A stretch of 64,000 bases of DNA from Blastocatellia bacterium (GCA_963765495.1 CAVXWP010000002.1:541476-605475), one strand, 5' to 3'. Counted from the stretch's first letter, positions 44,662 to 57,347 are shown. Translations and numbers: made by a program. Notes: generated by a model not told the origin, from the letters alone.

Positions 44662-46311
44662 TCCTCCTGATTCATAGATGTCATCTAATACGGATTCCGC
44701 TCTGCGCGCCTAACGCCGGAGATAACCGGCGCGCCGTGGCCTCCGATGCCATCCAGAAGGTGGTATGCGCGTCCGGTTGATCGACCAGTTAGGCGCGTTC
44801 TGATTCGCAAGTATGTCACAGATAATTGCCTTCGTAATAGCCGCGCTGGCCCACTTTGCCTTTTAGCGAGGCTTTGACCTATCCTATTAAAGAAGCGCGG
44901 CGGAGTGTGAGGCTGACTCGACAGACGAAGAAAGGTGATCGCTGGTTGCAATCTGAGGGCCAGTGAGAGTCAAACAGCACAATTTGTAGGCAGGTAATAT
45001 TGGCTGCGTTCTTGACGGCCAATGTGATTGATTCCCATCGACCAACTCCCAGCGCGCTTAACGCCGGAGATAACCGGCCCGCTGTGGGCTCAGGGATAAT
45101 GAAGGGTTGGAATGCGGGTCCGGTTGATGGACCAGTTAGGCGCATTCCACCTTGAAGGTTCGGTAAAGATACCACTGTCGAAATGCCAAGCCGCGCCAAC
45201 AGATAGCTTCGACTCAACCGGAATTTATCGGGTAGCGCGGCGCAGTGATTGTGTCAGTACACTTTGTAGACATGTAGTCTGATTGCTTGGTTGACGATCA
45301 GTGTAGCTCATTATCACGGATCGCTTCCCTGTGCGCTTAACGCCGGAGATAACCGGCGCGCTGTGGCCCCCGATGCCATTGAGAAGGTGGCAAGCGCGTC
45401 CGGTTCATGGACCTGTTAGGCGCATTCTACCTTGCAGGTTCATTACAGTTGGGCTTGTCTCACATCAAGCCGCGCTGATAGTTTGCTTCCCGTTAACCAA
45501 TAAATCACAAATAGCGCGGCGCGGTGATTGTGTCAATACTGTTGGCAGACAGGTGATCTGATTGCTCCGTTTACGATCAGTGTCGCTCATTTTCACGGAT
45601 GGCTTTCCTGTGCGCCTAACGTCCCGGTTGACCGGTCCGCTGTGGCCTCCACTTCATGCGAATAGTTGGCTTGCGGGTCCGGTCGAACCGATGGTTAGGC
45701 GGCTCCCCTCGCTGTTTTACCTCTTCGCCTTCTCTCATTTTCATCTCTCGTTTCTATCCTCCTCTCCCATCTCCTTCTTTCTCCTTGCTTGCAGACTGTC
45801 GATTTGCAGAAACCATCCTTCCCTGACAGGTCTGCTTTGGCCATTTCTGCGCAGGCAATTTCGCTTGAAATGGCTCTGTGGAAAACAGCCCTGAGACTGA
45901 GAATATCTGAAAGCAGAGATTTGATGAAGAATGATTCTGATGAGGAATTGCAGCGAGAAGTAGCATTGATAGGTGAACCGATCCATTCTCCTCGCGGTGT
46001 CTTTGCTGTCAGGTCTTTAAGCGATTGCTTGCCGAGTCGTTTCCATTTCACCGTTGTTCTGACGCCTAACGAGGAGATAACCGGCGCGCTGTGGCCCCCG
46101 ATGCCATTGAGAAGGTGGCAAGCGCGTCCGGTTGATGGACCTGTTAGGCGCATCTCATCTTGCAGGTTCAATAGAGATGGCCCTGTCCATATGCAAAGCC
46201 GCGCCAACAGATCGCCTCCTCTTAAGCATGATTTAAGGAGTAGCGCGGCGGACTGATTGTAACACGATAGCTGGCAGACAGGTTCTGTTTGCAATGTGGT
46301 TGACAACCAGT

Positions 46312-46529
46312 CAGCGATTCCCGGTTAGACCGGAATTGAAGCGAACAAAGGAGATTAGAAATCGTGAAATTGCGTTGTAATTAAGGCAATCACAGCACTT
46401 AGCGCAAAACACCGATTACATCTATCCGATTTTGCTATAACTGTTGGTACAACAGAATTTACTTTCGCAATTATCTTTTTCGCTTCCTCTTTTGATTTCA
46501 TCAACTTACAACCTGACCGGGAATTGCTG
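46312..46529. mobile_element. 218-bp MITE, second copy within a duplicated family A cassette
   Basis: Same sequence, IRs and acaaccagt duplication as 20355-20572. Confidence 0.85.
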
Positions 46530-46931
46530 ACAACCAGTGTGCCTCATTTTCACGGATGGCTTTCCTGTGCGCTTAACGACGGAGATAACCGGCGCGCTGT
46601 GGCCTGCAATGCAAGCGAGACATTGGTATGCGCGTCCGGTTGATGGACCAGTTAGGCGCATTCCACCTTGTAGGTTCAATAGAGTTACTCGTTCCCCTCT
46701 GCCAAGGCGCGCCCAGTGTTGATTTGCTTTTCAATCAGCAAATATAGGAGGGCGCGGCGGACTGATTGTGTCAGCACTGTTGGCAGGCAATTAGTCTGAT
46801 TGCTTCATAGACGAGTAGTATGCCTCTTTTTCACGGATGGCTTTCCTGTGCGCTTAACGCCGAGTTCAGCGGCGCGCCGGTAGGTGATGGAACGCGAGAT
46901 TTTGGAAATGCGCGTCCGTTGGAATGAGCAG

Positions 46932-48164
46932 TTAGGCCTCTTCCGCCTCCACTTCAGTAGAAGGAAAATCCATCGTGTCCATATCCACGTCCGACCTTTC
47001 GGGTTTGCCCAACAACTTCAACCACAGAAAACCGACTGCGCCAGTCGTTAATGATGCCAGCATAATCGCCATTTTCGAGGCGTTTATCATTTCCGAATTG
47101 CCGACGAATGCCAGATTCGTAACAAAAATTGACATCGTGAAACCGATGCCGCCAAGGAGTCCTGCACCAAAAACATGCTTCCAATTTAAATCAAGCGGAA
47201 GCCGACAAATGCCCGCTGTAACGACGATGAAACTCAACAGAGTGATGCCCAATGGCTTGCCTATAATCAGACCGCTAATAATGCCTGAACTGTTCGCGGT
47301 CGTGAGATTTTTCGCCCAATCCGCACCGATGACGATGCCCGTGTTCGCTAGCGCAAAAATCGGCAGAATGATGAATGCAACAGGCTTGTGCAAAAAATCT
47401 TCGAGCCGATGTGAAGGCGATTCCGCGTCATCTTCTTTAGCTGAGAACGGAATCGCAAATGCCAGCAATACTCCGGCAATCGTGGCATGAGCGCCTGATT
47501 TTAACATCAAAAACCACATCAGCGCACCGCCGAGCAGATACGGCGTGAGCGACTTTATGTGAAAGAAACGGTTGAGTGCGGCGAGCAAACTAAAGACTGC
47601 AAGCGCGCCAATTAAGTAGCCAAGTGATAGTCGTGCCGAATAGAAGACGGCGATAATGATAATCGCGCCCAGGTCGTCCATCACGGCAAGCGCAGTCAGA
47701 AAAACTTTTAGGGAAGCTGGAACGCGGCTGCCCAATAGGGCGAGAACGCCCAAAGCAAAAGCAATGTCGGTCGCCATCGGAATCCCGATCCCGGCTTGCG
47801 TATTGGTTCCGACATTGAGAGAAAAGTGAATCAAAGCTGGCGCTATTATTCCGCCGAGTGCGGCAAAAATCGGCAACAGTGCATTTTTGAAATTCGAAAG
47901 TTCGCCGTTATAAAGCTCGCGTTCGAGTTCCAACCCAATGAGCAAAAAGAAGACTGCCATTAGTGCGTCATTGATCCAATGCTCAACGCTTAACCCGGCG
48001 ACATAAGTCTGCCAGAGACTCAGGTAATTCGCGCCCAAGACTGAGTTGGCGAGCAAAAGCGAAACTATGGTGCAGGTAATTAGTAGGACCGCGCTCGATT
48101 TTTCCGAGTCGAAGAAGTTTTTGAATGAGTTTGATAGTTTTCTCTGAACACTACCCATAATCAC
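46932..48164 (-). CDS. nhaA: Cassette: Na+/H+ antiporter NhaA
   Basis: HWINDALMAVFF, IPMATDIAFALG, FLTALAVMDDLGAI, GIGFTMSIF. Confidence 0.95.
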   Translation of the reverse strand: MIMGSVQRKLSNSFKNFFDSEKSSAVLLITCTIVSLLLANSVLGANYLSLWQTYVAGLSVEHWINDALMAVFFLLIGLELERELYNGELSNFKNALLPIFAALGGIIAPALIHFSLNVGTNTQAGIGIPMATDIAFALGVLALLGSRVPASLKVFLTALAVMDDLGAIIIIAVFYSARLSLGYLIGALAVFSLLAALNRFFHIKSLTPYLLGGALMWFLMLKSGAHATIAGVLLAFAIPFSAKEDDAESPSHRLEDFLHKPVAFIILPIFALANTGIVIGADWAKNLTTANSSGIISGLIIGKPLGITLLSFIVVTAGICRLPLDLNWKHVFGAGLLGGIGFTMSIFVTNLAFVGNSEMINASKMAIMLASLTTGAVGFLWLKLLGKPERSDVDMDTMDFPSTEVEAEEA

Positions 48165-48353
48165 CTTTCAGTGAGAATATCATAAATATTCGATTACAAC
48201 ACGGGATGCCTAACAACGAGTTCAGCGGCGCGCCGGTATTTGAGGGATAAAGAGACGTTGGAATGCGCGTCCGCTGGAATGAGCAGTTAGGCCAGTCTTG
48301 CCCCCAATTGTCCCTGTTTTACCGCCAGAGTTTCCAACTCAGCTTTTATACTC

Positions 48354-48740
48354 TTAGCCAATTACAATTGTCGAGGCCGCCGGTAATGGTCCAGCGGCAA
48401 CAAGTTTTTTCCGCCTTGGGTCTACAGTGAGATTCAATCCTTCTAATGTTCTAGCACCCAATAGGAGCAAATCTCCCTTCTCGGCGAAGACCACTTCATC
48501 GATAGTAAAGAACTTGTCCAAACGAATGATGGCAAAGCCGACGCTTCGGGTGATTCGTTGACCGTTTGCCATGATAAATTCTAAATCTTTCTTTTCCCTT
48601 TCAATGTCAATCTTTTCAAGAGTCCTGGCGGGAACCCAAGTATACTCGCTCCCCGTATCCACCAAAATCTTTGGGATAACAACAGATTTGGATCGATCCA
48701 CGGAGTTTTCAATTTTGCAACGTACATAAAATGTGCCCAT
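48354..48740 (-). CDS. Cassette: clan AA (retropepsin-like) aspartyl protease
   Basis: LVDTGSEYT...MANG...LLGARTLEGL. Confidence 0.85.
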   Translation of the reverse strand: MGTFYVRCKIENSVDRSKSVVIPKILVDTGSEYTWVPARTLEKIDIEREKKDLEFIMANGQRITRSVGFAIIRLDKFFTIDEVVFAEKGDLLLLGARTLEGLNLTVDPRRKKLVAAGPLPAASTIVIG

Positions 48741-49462
48741 ATGAAGGTATGATGCAATCAATTTGAGATAGTGGTCAACTCAATTGAGTGCAAAATGAGA
48801 AGCAAAGGCGACAGGGAACGAGGGCCTAACGACGGAGATAACCGGCGCGCCGTGGCTCCCGATGTAACTGAGAAGTTGGCAGGCGCGTCCGGTTAATGGA
48901 CCAGTTAGGCGCATTCCACCTTGAAGGTTCGGTAAAGATGCCTCTGTCGAAATGCCAAGCCGCGCCAGCAGATAGCTTCGACTCAACCAGGATTTATCGG
49001 GTAGCGCGGCGCAGTGATTGTGTCAGTACACTTTGTAGACATGTAGTCTGATTGCTTGGTTGACGACCAGTATGCCTCATTGTCACGGATGGCTTTCCTG
49101 TGCGCTTAACGCCGGAGATAACCGGCCCGCTGTGGGCTCAGGGATAATGAAGGGTTGGAATGCGGGTCCGGTTGATGGACCAGTTAGGCGCATTCCACCT
49201 TGAAGGTTCGGTAAAGATACCACTGTCGAAATGCCAAGCCGCGCCAACAGATAGCTTCGACTCAACCGGAATTTATCGGGTAGCGCGGCGCAGTGATTGT
49301 GTCAGTACACTTTGTAGACATGTAGTCTGATTGCTTGGTTGACGATCAGTGTAGCTCATTATCACGGATCGCTTCCCTGTGCGCTTAACGCCTCGGTTGA
49401 CCGGCGCGCGATGGCCTGAGGGAACACGAGTAGTTGGTATGCGCGTCCGGTCGAACCGACTG

Positions 49463-50023
49463 TTAGACGCCGTTGCCCCCATCTACCGGATTTCCTTCGC
49501 TTATCCTCTTTCCCTTCATCAGTACCTCTGCCACATCACTATAGCCATATTCCTTCGCATAGTCTATGGCCCTCCATCCACCATTGCTCACGGCATCGCC
49601 ATCAGCACCTGCCTTAATTAGTAGTTGAACTATCTCAGGCTGATTATGTGATGCCGCATATATGAGCACACTTGCACCATCATCGCTACTGGCATTCACA
49701 TCGGCATTAGATGCAATCAACGCTTCTACCACTGCAATTGCACTCTCGTTGTACTCGTAAATCGCTCCTCTAACAGCCCAGATAAGTGCTGTTCTTCCTT
49801 GTCGGTCCTTAATCTTTGTGTCTGCTCCAGAGTCCAACAACAATCTGACGGCTTGGGGGAATGGTCCTGCGGATGCTCCCATCAAAGCCGTACACCCTTT
49901 TTCATTTTGGCAATTAAGATCAACTCCTGTAGCAATAAGCGAGCGAAGTTCTTCTAGCTGACCGCGAATAGCTGCTTCAAAAAATGTTTTTTGCATCTCT
50001 TCTAAACTCATACTATTTTCCAC
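49463..50023 (-). CDS. Cassette: ankyrin-repeat protein
   Basis: GCTALMGA, GRTALIWA, GASVLIYAA, GWRAIDYA. Confidence 0.9.
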   Translation of the reverse strand: MENSMSLEEMQKTFFEAAIRGQLEELRSLIATGVDLNCQNEKGCTALMGASAGPFPQAVRLLLDSGADTKIKDRQGRTALIWAVRGAIYEYNESAIAVVEALIASNADVNASSDDGASVLIYAASHNQPEIVQLLIKAGADGDAVSNGGWRAIDYAKEYGYSDVAEVLMKGKRISEGNPVDGGNGV

Positions 50024-50901
50024 TGCGGGCGTCTAACGTCCCGGTTGACCGGCCCGCTGTGGCCTCCACTTCATGCGAATAGTTGGCTTGCGGGTCCGGT
50101 CGAACCGATGGTTAGGCGGCTCCCCTCGCTGTTTTACCTCTTCGCCTTCTCTCATTTTCATCTCTCGTTTCTATCCTCCTCTCCCATCTCCTTCTTTCTC
50201 CTTGCTTGATGACTGTCGATTTGCAGAAACCATCCTTCCCTGACAGGTCTGCTTTGGCCATTTCTGCGCAGGCAATTTCGCTTGAAATGGCTCTGTGGAA
50301 AACAGCCCTGAGACTGAGCATATCTGAAAGCAGAGATTTGATGAAGAATGATTCTGATGAGGAATTGCAGCGAGAAGTAGCATTGATAGGTGAACGGATC
50401 CATTCTCCTCGCGGTGTCTTTGCTGTCAGGTCTTTAAGCGATTGCTTGCCGAGTCGTTTCCATTTCACCGTTGTTCTGACGCCTAACGCCGGAGATAACC
50501 GGCGCGCTGTGGGCTCAGGGATAATGAAGGGTTGGAATGCGGGTCCGGTTGATGGACCAGTTAGGCGCATTCCACCTTGAAGGTTCGGTAAAGATGCCTC
50601 TGTCGAAATGCCAAGCCGCGCCAGCAGATAGCTTCGACTCAACCAGGATTTATCGGGTAGCGCGGCGCAGTGATTGTGTCAGTACACTTTGTAGACATGT
50701 AGTCTGATTGCTTGGTTGACGACCAGTATGCCTCATTGTCACGGATGGCTTTCCTGTGCGCTTAACGCCGAGTTCAGCGGCGCGCTGGTAGCTGAGGGAT
50801 AATGAAATGTTGGCAAGCGCGTCCGCTGGAATGAGCAGTTAGGCGCAGCTTTGCATTGGGACCACAATTCCAACTTAAAGACCAATTCCTCTGTTTCAAT
50901 C

Positions 50902-51123
50902 TTATGCGTAAATCAACCGTCCTCTGGATTCTGGAATTGGCCGTCCTAGTTCTCTTGCTGTCTCAACCCATTCTTGAATGATGACCTCTACATTTTTTAA
51001 TGCTTCTGCATAAGTGCTTCCGTCTGCTGCACAGCCAGTTAATTCTGGAACCTCAGCTATGAAGGCATCATCTTCTTGGCTCCAATAAATAATCACTTCG
51101 TATTTGTATGTACTCTCCATCAA
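50902..51123 (-). CDS. hicB: Cassette: HicB antitoxin
   Basis: YEVIIYWSQEDDAFIAEVPELTGCAADGSTYAEAL...ARELGRPIP. Confidence 0.9.
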   Translation of the reverse strand: MMESTYKYEVIIYWSQEDDAFIAEVPELTGCAADGSTYAEALKNVEVIIQEWVETARELGRPIPESRGRLIYA

Positions 51124-51374
51124 TTGTCTCCTGTTAGTTTATAACGGATTATTACCGCACGAACTTGTTTGACTTGATAAGGCTTGGCCTTTCGTTCTTT
51201 GGGTTGGAGATTGAGAATCTCCTCAACATTTTCTTTGGTAAAGATGTGATGGCTGCCTTTAATGCGTTCGTCAAATCCCAAGTGGCGAAGCACAAGACAT
51301 AAATCGTCAAATGGAATATTGGTATCAGATGTGCCTCGCAATACCAGGGTTAGAATTTTCTCGAATTTTGCCAC
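51120..51374 (-). CDS. hicA: Cassette: HicA toxin
   Basis: LGFDERIKGSHHIF...LNLQP...AKPYQVKQVR. Confidence 0.9.
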   Translation of the reverse strand: MAKFEKILTLVLRGTSDTNIPFDDLCLVLRHLGFDERIKGSHHIFTKENVEEILNLQPKERKAKPYQVKQVRAVIIRYKLTGDN

Positions 51375-52290
51375 GAAAAGACTTTAGCACGAATGAGAGT
51401 TCGACTCCACTTCGCCTAACGCGGAGATAACCGGCCCGCCGTGGGCAAAGGGATAACGAGAGGTTGGCATGCGGGTCCGGTTGATCGACCTGTTAGGCCC
51501 GCCTTTGTCTTTGGCCGCGCTCGGCGCTTATTTCGAGCAAATCAGTCTGCCTCGATTGGCGCGGCCCCAACCTTAACTCCTTGCTTGGTGTTTTGACCTT
51601 TTCGTCATCATGGTCTTGTTGTCCGAAATACCTTTGCATCCAATTCGTTGCTGTTGGTCAGGTACTTTCCCGCGAGCCTAACGCAGGCATCAGCGGCCCG
51701 CTAGCAGCAAAGGGATTATGAGGAGGTGGTTTGCGGGTCCGCTGAATGCCTCTGTTAGGCGCCCCTTTTCTCCTATTCTTCTTCTTGTGTTTTGATGACT
51801 GGCTTCTTTCTTTTCTCATCTTCTTTCCAGCAAATCATCGCCTCTCCCTTGCTCTTGCTTCACGTCTCCATGTGTATCAGCTTCCCTCTCTTTCGTCGCT
51901 GTAGTTTGTCGAGGCGATTTGTTTCTCTTTGTCAGTCATCTCTTCTCTAGCGCGCAGCTAAACAGGGCATTTCCCTGCGAAGCTTTCCTTCCGAGGCAGC
52001 TTTATCTTTAAGCAATGTTTGAGAGTCTGCTTCGGGAAAAGGAGTATCCGTTATAGGGGCAGAGATGAGCGATGCATGCCGAGTTGAAGGAGCGAAGGAA
52101 TGAGAAGCAAGCAAGTAGCTGTCGTTGCGAGGGCTTCCAAGAAGAGGTTTTAGCGCCAAGGCCTGGTGAGTTGTTTTGCTTCCATCAATATCTTGACGCC
52201 TAACGCCCCGGTTGACCGGCGCGCTGGTAGTTGTTGGAACCTGAGTAGTTGGATAGCGCGTCCGGTCGAACCGGCTTGTTAGACGCGTAG

Positions 52291-52731
52291 TTATTCACGA
52301 CAGGCAATCTCTTTCCATCGAATCCTTGCATACCGCTCTTTGTTATCCCCGCCATTGCGCAAAATCGTAACCCGCTCGTAGTTGTCCACTCCTCCCCAGC
52401 AATTATCTAAAGGTAAGCACCTCATGTTAAGAAAGTTTCCCATGAGTTGTTTCCCACGCTGGCTTATTGGTACCAACTCATCAATTATTTCCGTTAGTTC
52501 CTTTGATCGCATAGTCTTCGTTATTGGGTAATTTAAGTCCGATGTTAACTGTTGCCGATGGATTATCATTTCGCAGACATCTCCGGTCTCAGAATATCTA
52601 AAGGTAACAAAGACATCGGGTCGGATAGTGAGTGTCTCTGAGATAGGTGAGCCATATTTCTTGAGGAGTTCTTCTCGGGATTGTGCGTTAGCAGTTATGC
52701 AGATAAACAAAATGGCGAAGAAAGCTTTCAT
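52291..52731 (-). CDS. Cassette: hypothetical secreted protein
   Basis: GGAGG RBS; signal peptide ending ANA-Q. Confidence 0.75.
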   Translation of the reverse strand: MKAFFAILFICITANAQSREELLKKYGSPISETLTIRPDVFVTFRYSETGDVCEMIIHRQQLTSDLNYPITKTMRSKELTEIIDELVPISQRGKQLMGNFLNMRCLPLDNCWGGVDNYERVTILRNGGDNKERYARIRWKEIACRE

Positions 52732-52893
52732 AATGCACCTCCGATTCCATAATACGGCCAGTCACAGGCAAGCGTCTAACGCCGAGTTCAGCGGCGCGCT
52801 GTGGTTGAAGGGAAAATGAGAAGGTGGAATGCGCGTCCGCTGGAATGAGCAGTTAGGCGAGTCCCATTTTAGAACCCAGTCATTTCAATTCTA

Positions 52894-53538
52894 TTACTTC
52901 TTGTCTGCAACATATAAATGTACACTCCCAAACCCTCCTATCTCTCGCTCAATGTACTCGAAGTTAAACTTGTTGAATATTTCGCTCATATCCCGTATTA
53001 CGTCTCCTGATTTTGCCCAACACTTCGCTATATTCATCCCTATTAAGTTCCTATCCTTCGGATACGTAAAGTCGATCAAAACTATTCTTCCACCCCTCTT
53101 TAGAACTCTATACATCTCCTCCATTGCTTTCGTGCCGTCAGGGTATCCTGAAAACGCCATTGTGTTTATGATTGTATCAAACGTCTCATTCATAAAAGGC
53201 AAGCTTTCTGCATTTCCTACCTGTAGATGTGCGAGTATACCTTTGGATTGTATGTTCTTCTTTGCAATTGTCGCCATCCTTTCATTATAGTCGATTCCGT
53301 GGGTCTCAAATTTATCTGCATACTTCGTCATCAAATATCCTGTCCCAAACGATACCTCTAATACTCTCGGGCCTTTTAGGTATGGAATGACTTTCTTTAG
53401 CCAGTTGCTCCAGATTGGCAATATTTTCACAAGAATATCGTATGTTTTTGCGAAAGCCGTATAAAACTCATCGAACTTTTCTGTAAACTCTTTTTTATTT
53501 TCAGGTTCTTTCGAATATAAAGTATTCATTGTTGCCAT
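52894..53538 (-). CDS. Cassette: class I SAM-dependent methyltransferase
   Basis: VLEVSFGTG, GNAESLPF..ETFD, EMYRVLKRGGRIVLID. Confidence 0.9.
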   Translation of the reverse strand: MATMNTLYSKEPENKKEFTEKFDEFYTAFAKTYDILVKILPIWSNWLKKVIPYLKGPRVLEVSFGTGYLMTKYADKFETHGIDYNERMATIAKKNIQSKGILAHLQVGNAESLPFMNETFDTIINTMAFSGYPDGTKAMEEMYRVLKRGGRIVLIDFTYPKDRNLIGMNIAKCWAKSGDVIRDMSEIFNKFNFEYIEREIGGFGSVHLYVADKK

Positions 53539-54427
53539 TTTATAAAATGACTATGAAGCGTACAACTTCATTTCTCACTAACGGCTCTGCCGCGCCTAAC
53601 GCCGGAGATAACCGGCGCGCTGTGGCCTGCAATGCAAGCGAGACATTGGTATGCGCGTCCGGTTGATGGACCAGTTAGGCGCATTCCACCTTGTAGGTTC
53701 AATAGAGTTACTCGTTCCCCTCTGCCAAGGCGCGCCCAGTGTTGATTTGCTTTTCAATCAGCAAATATAGGAGGGCGCGGCGGACTGATTGTGTCAGCAC
53801 TGTTGGCAGGCAATTAGTCTGATTGCTTCATGGACGAGTAGTATGCCTCATTTTAACGGATGGCTTTCCTGTGCGCTTAACACCGAGATAACCGGCCCGC
53901 TATGGTCAAAGGGATAATGAGGAGTTGGCATGCGGGTCCGGTTGATTGAGCAGTTAGGCGGCCCCTTTCGCCGCTTCATTCTTTTTGAGCTTTGCTGACC
54001 ATTATTCTCCAATTCTCAGTCTCACTTTCTGAGGCAGCTTTTCCTGCCATTGTCGGGGAAGCAGGTTGATGTGCAAGGCTAGTCCTTCCCAATCAGGTTT
54101 GACCTGCCGCCTACCTCAACAGGCAATTGCCCTGCGAAAGTATCCTTGAGAGGCAGCATCGTCATTGAGCCAGAATGAATAATCGTTTGGAAGAAACATC
54201 ATATGAATGAGCAAGAAAGAGAGAAGCGAGCAGGTGGCTCTGCTCGCGATGACTCCCCTGAGCATGTTTCGTAGCGTTGCTTGATGAGTCGTCTCCCTCT
54301 CATCGGTGTTTTGACGCCTAACGCCCCGGTTGAGCGGCGCGCCGGTAACTGATGGGACGCGAAATGTTGGAATGCGCGTCCGGTCGAACCGGCTGTTAGA
54401 CGCGGTTTTGCCAAAGTTCACCTTCAT

Positions 54428-54832
54428 CTATGTTGATCTGGTACTTCGGAGTTTATAGCTCTCTTTCTCTTTGATAATTGTAAAGAGCTTCTTTCTTCTT
54501 ATCCAAGCCCAATTCCTTTTGGCCCTATTCCTCCACCACGTATCTAGGCTCGTCTTTTCTGGTTTTACACAGAACGTAACCTTCGCGACAAACTTGTCGT
54601 CTTTCCATTCACCAATCTCTATTTGGTGGATTATATATTCTTGAATTCTCATTTCCGCAATTGCTTGGGGATGAGTGAAATAATGGAACCAAAAGGTCAG
54701 GAGGATACCCACAATGGGTGGCTGATAATCGTCAGCAATGAAGCGAGCAGGCAGAATAGGCGTATTGCCTGGAAACTCTTCCATGCATATTTCCCCCTCA
54801 TCGAGACAGCCTTTTAGAAATTTAGTAATCAA
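54428..54832 (-). CDS. Cassette: hypothetical protein
   Basis: ORF fills the cassette. Confidence 0.6.
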   Translation of the reverse strand: MITKFLKGCLDEGEICMEEFPGNTPILPARFIADDYQPPIVGILLTFWFHYFTHPQAIAEMRIQEYIIHQIEIGEWKDDKFVAKVTFCVKPEKTSLDTWWRNRAKRNWAWIRRKKLFTIIKEKESYKLRSTRST

Positions 54833-57347
54833 GCATCAACTCCCGTTGTCGATGGCTCCTCTGCGTCTAACGACGGAGATAACCGGCGCGCTGTGGGCCT
54901 CGATGCAAATGAGTAGATGGCATGCGCGTCCGGTTGATGGACCAGTTAGGCGCATTCCACCTTGAAGGTTCGGTAAAGATGCCACTGCCCATCTGGCAAG
55001 GCGCGCCAGGAAATCGCATCCTCACAATCAACATTCATCGAAAGGCGCGGCGGACTGATTGTGTCAGCATTGCTTGTATGCAGGCACTCTTCGTTGCACC
55101 CTATGTGATCAGTGTGGCTCATCCTAACGAACAACTTCCCAGCGCGCTTAACGCCGGAGATAACCGGCCCGCTGTGGGCTCAGGGATAATGAAGGGTTGG
55201 AATGCGGGTCCGGTTGATGGACCAGTTAGGCGCATTCCACCTTGTAGGTTCAATAGAGTTACTCGTTCCCCTCTGCCAAGGCGCGCCCAGTGTTGATTTG
55301 CTTTTCAATCAGCAAATATAGGAGGGCGCGGCGGACTGATTGTGTCAGCACTGTTGGCAGGCAATTAGTCTGATTGCTTCATAGACGAGTAGTATGCCTC
55401 TTTTTCACGGATGGCTTTCCTGTGCGCTTAACGCCGGGGATCAGCGGCCCGCGGTGGGTAGAGGGATAATGAATCGGTGGTAGGCGGGTCCGCTGAATCC
55501 CCCTGTTAGGCGCGTCCCATCTTGTCGGTTCAATTCTGCATATTCTTCGAGCAAGCCGCGCACATATATCGTTTCCAGATATCGAGCATACATCGGGTTG
55601 CGCGGCGGAGTGATTCTAACAGCATTGTTTGTAGACAGGTATTCTTCTCTGCATCTTTGGCGATCAATGTGGTAGGTTTTCTCGGACCGCTTCCTGCGCG
55701 CTTAACGCAGGCATCAGCGGCCCGCTGGTAGCAGCGGGATAAAAGCACGGTGGCACGCGGGTCCGCTGAATGCCACAGTTAGGCGCGTTCAATCTTGTCG
55801 GTTCGATTCTGCATATATTCTTCGAGCAAGCCGCGCTAGGAGTTCGTTGCTTTTCACCGAGCAGCTTTCGAGTTGCGCGGCGGACTCCTTGTAAAAGGAT
55901 CGCTGGTAGACATGTATTCTTTGCTGCGTGATTGACGATCAGTGTGCCTCATTGTCACGGATCACTTCCTGCGCGCTTAACGACGGAGATAACCGGCCCG
56001 CTGTGGGCTCAGGGATAATGAAGGGTTGGAATGCGGGTCCGGTTGATGGACCAGTTAGGCGCATTCCACCTTGAAGGTTCGGTAAAGATACCACTGTCGA
56101 AATGCCAAGCCGCGCCAACAGATAGCTTCGACTCAACCGGAATTTATCGGGTAGCGCGGCGCAGTGATTGTGTCAGTACACTTTGTAGACATGTAGTCTG
56201 ATTGCTTGGTTGACGATCAGTGTAGCTCATTATCACGGATCGCTTCCCTGTGCGCTTAACGACGAGATAACCGGCCCGCCGTGGGCAAAGGGATAACGAG
56301 AGGTTGGCATGCGGGTCCGGTTGATCGACCTGTTAGGCCCGCCTTTGTCTTTGGCCGCGCTCGGCGCTTATTTCGAGCAAATCAGTCTGCCTCGATTGGC
56401 GCGGCCCCAACCTTAACTCCTTGCTTGGTGTTTTGACCTTTTCGTCATCATGGTCTTGTTGTCCGAAATACCTTTGCATCCAATTCGTTGCTGTTGGTCA
56501 GGTACTTTCCCGCGAGCCTAACGCCGAGATAACCGGCGCGCTGTGGTCGGAGGGATAATGAGGCGTTGGAATGCGGGTCCGGTTGATGGACCAGTTAGGC
56601 GCATTCCACCTTGAAGGTTCGGTAAAGATACCACTGTCGAAATGCCAAGCCGCGCCAACAGATAGCTTCGACTCAACCGGGATTTATCGGGTAGCGCGGC
56701 GCAGTGATTGTGTCAGTACACTTTGTAGACATGTAGTCTGATTGCTTGGTTGACGATCAGTGTAGCTCATTATCACGGATCGCTTCCCTGTGCGCTTAAC
56801 GTCGGGGATCAGCGGCCCGCTGTGGGCAAAGGGATAATGAATAGCTGGCATGCGGGTCCGCTGTATCCCCCTGTTAGGCGTCACTCCTCGCTGTTTCATC
56901 TCTTCGCCTTTGCTCGTTTTCATCCTCCGATCCTCATCTTGTCTTCTCCCAACAGCTTCTTACTCATTGCTTGAAAGCTGATTCAATTGCCGATAGCTTC
57001 TTTCCCAACCAGGTCTGCCTTGGCCAATGATCATCAGGCAATCTCGATAGGACTGGGTCTGTGCCAGTAAGCCCAGAGAAGAGCATAGCTGAAGGCACTC
57101 GAATGGAGAAGTGTGAGTCTGATGAAGGCGAGAAGATTGATCGTCCCCGGCAGTGATTTCAAAGCAGGTCTTTTGGAATTGATAGCTGAGTCGTTTCCTC
57201 TCCACCGATCTTCTGACGCCTAACGCCCCGGTTGAACGGCCCGCTGTGGCCTCCCCTTCAAGCGAGTGGTTGGATTGCGGGTCCGGTCGAACCGGTTGTT
57301 AGACGGCGTCTTTTCCTGCGAGCATTCTTTGGTCTTTTGTTTTTCTC

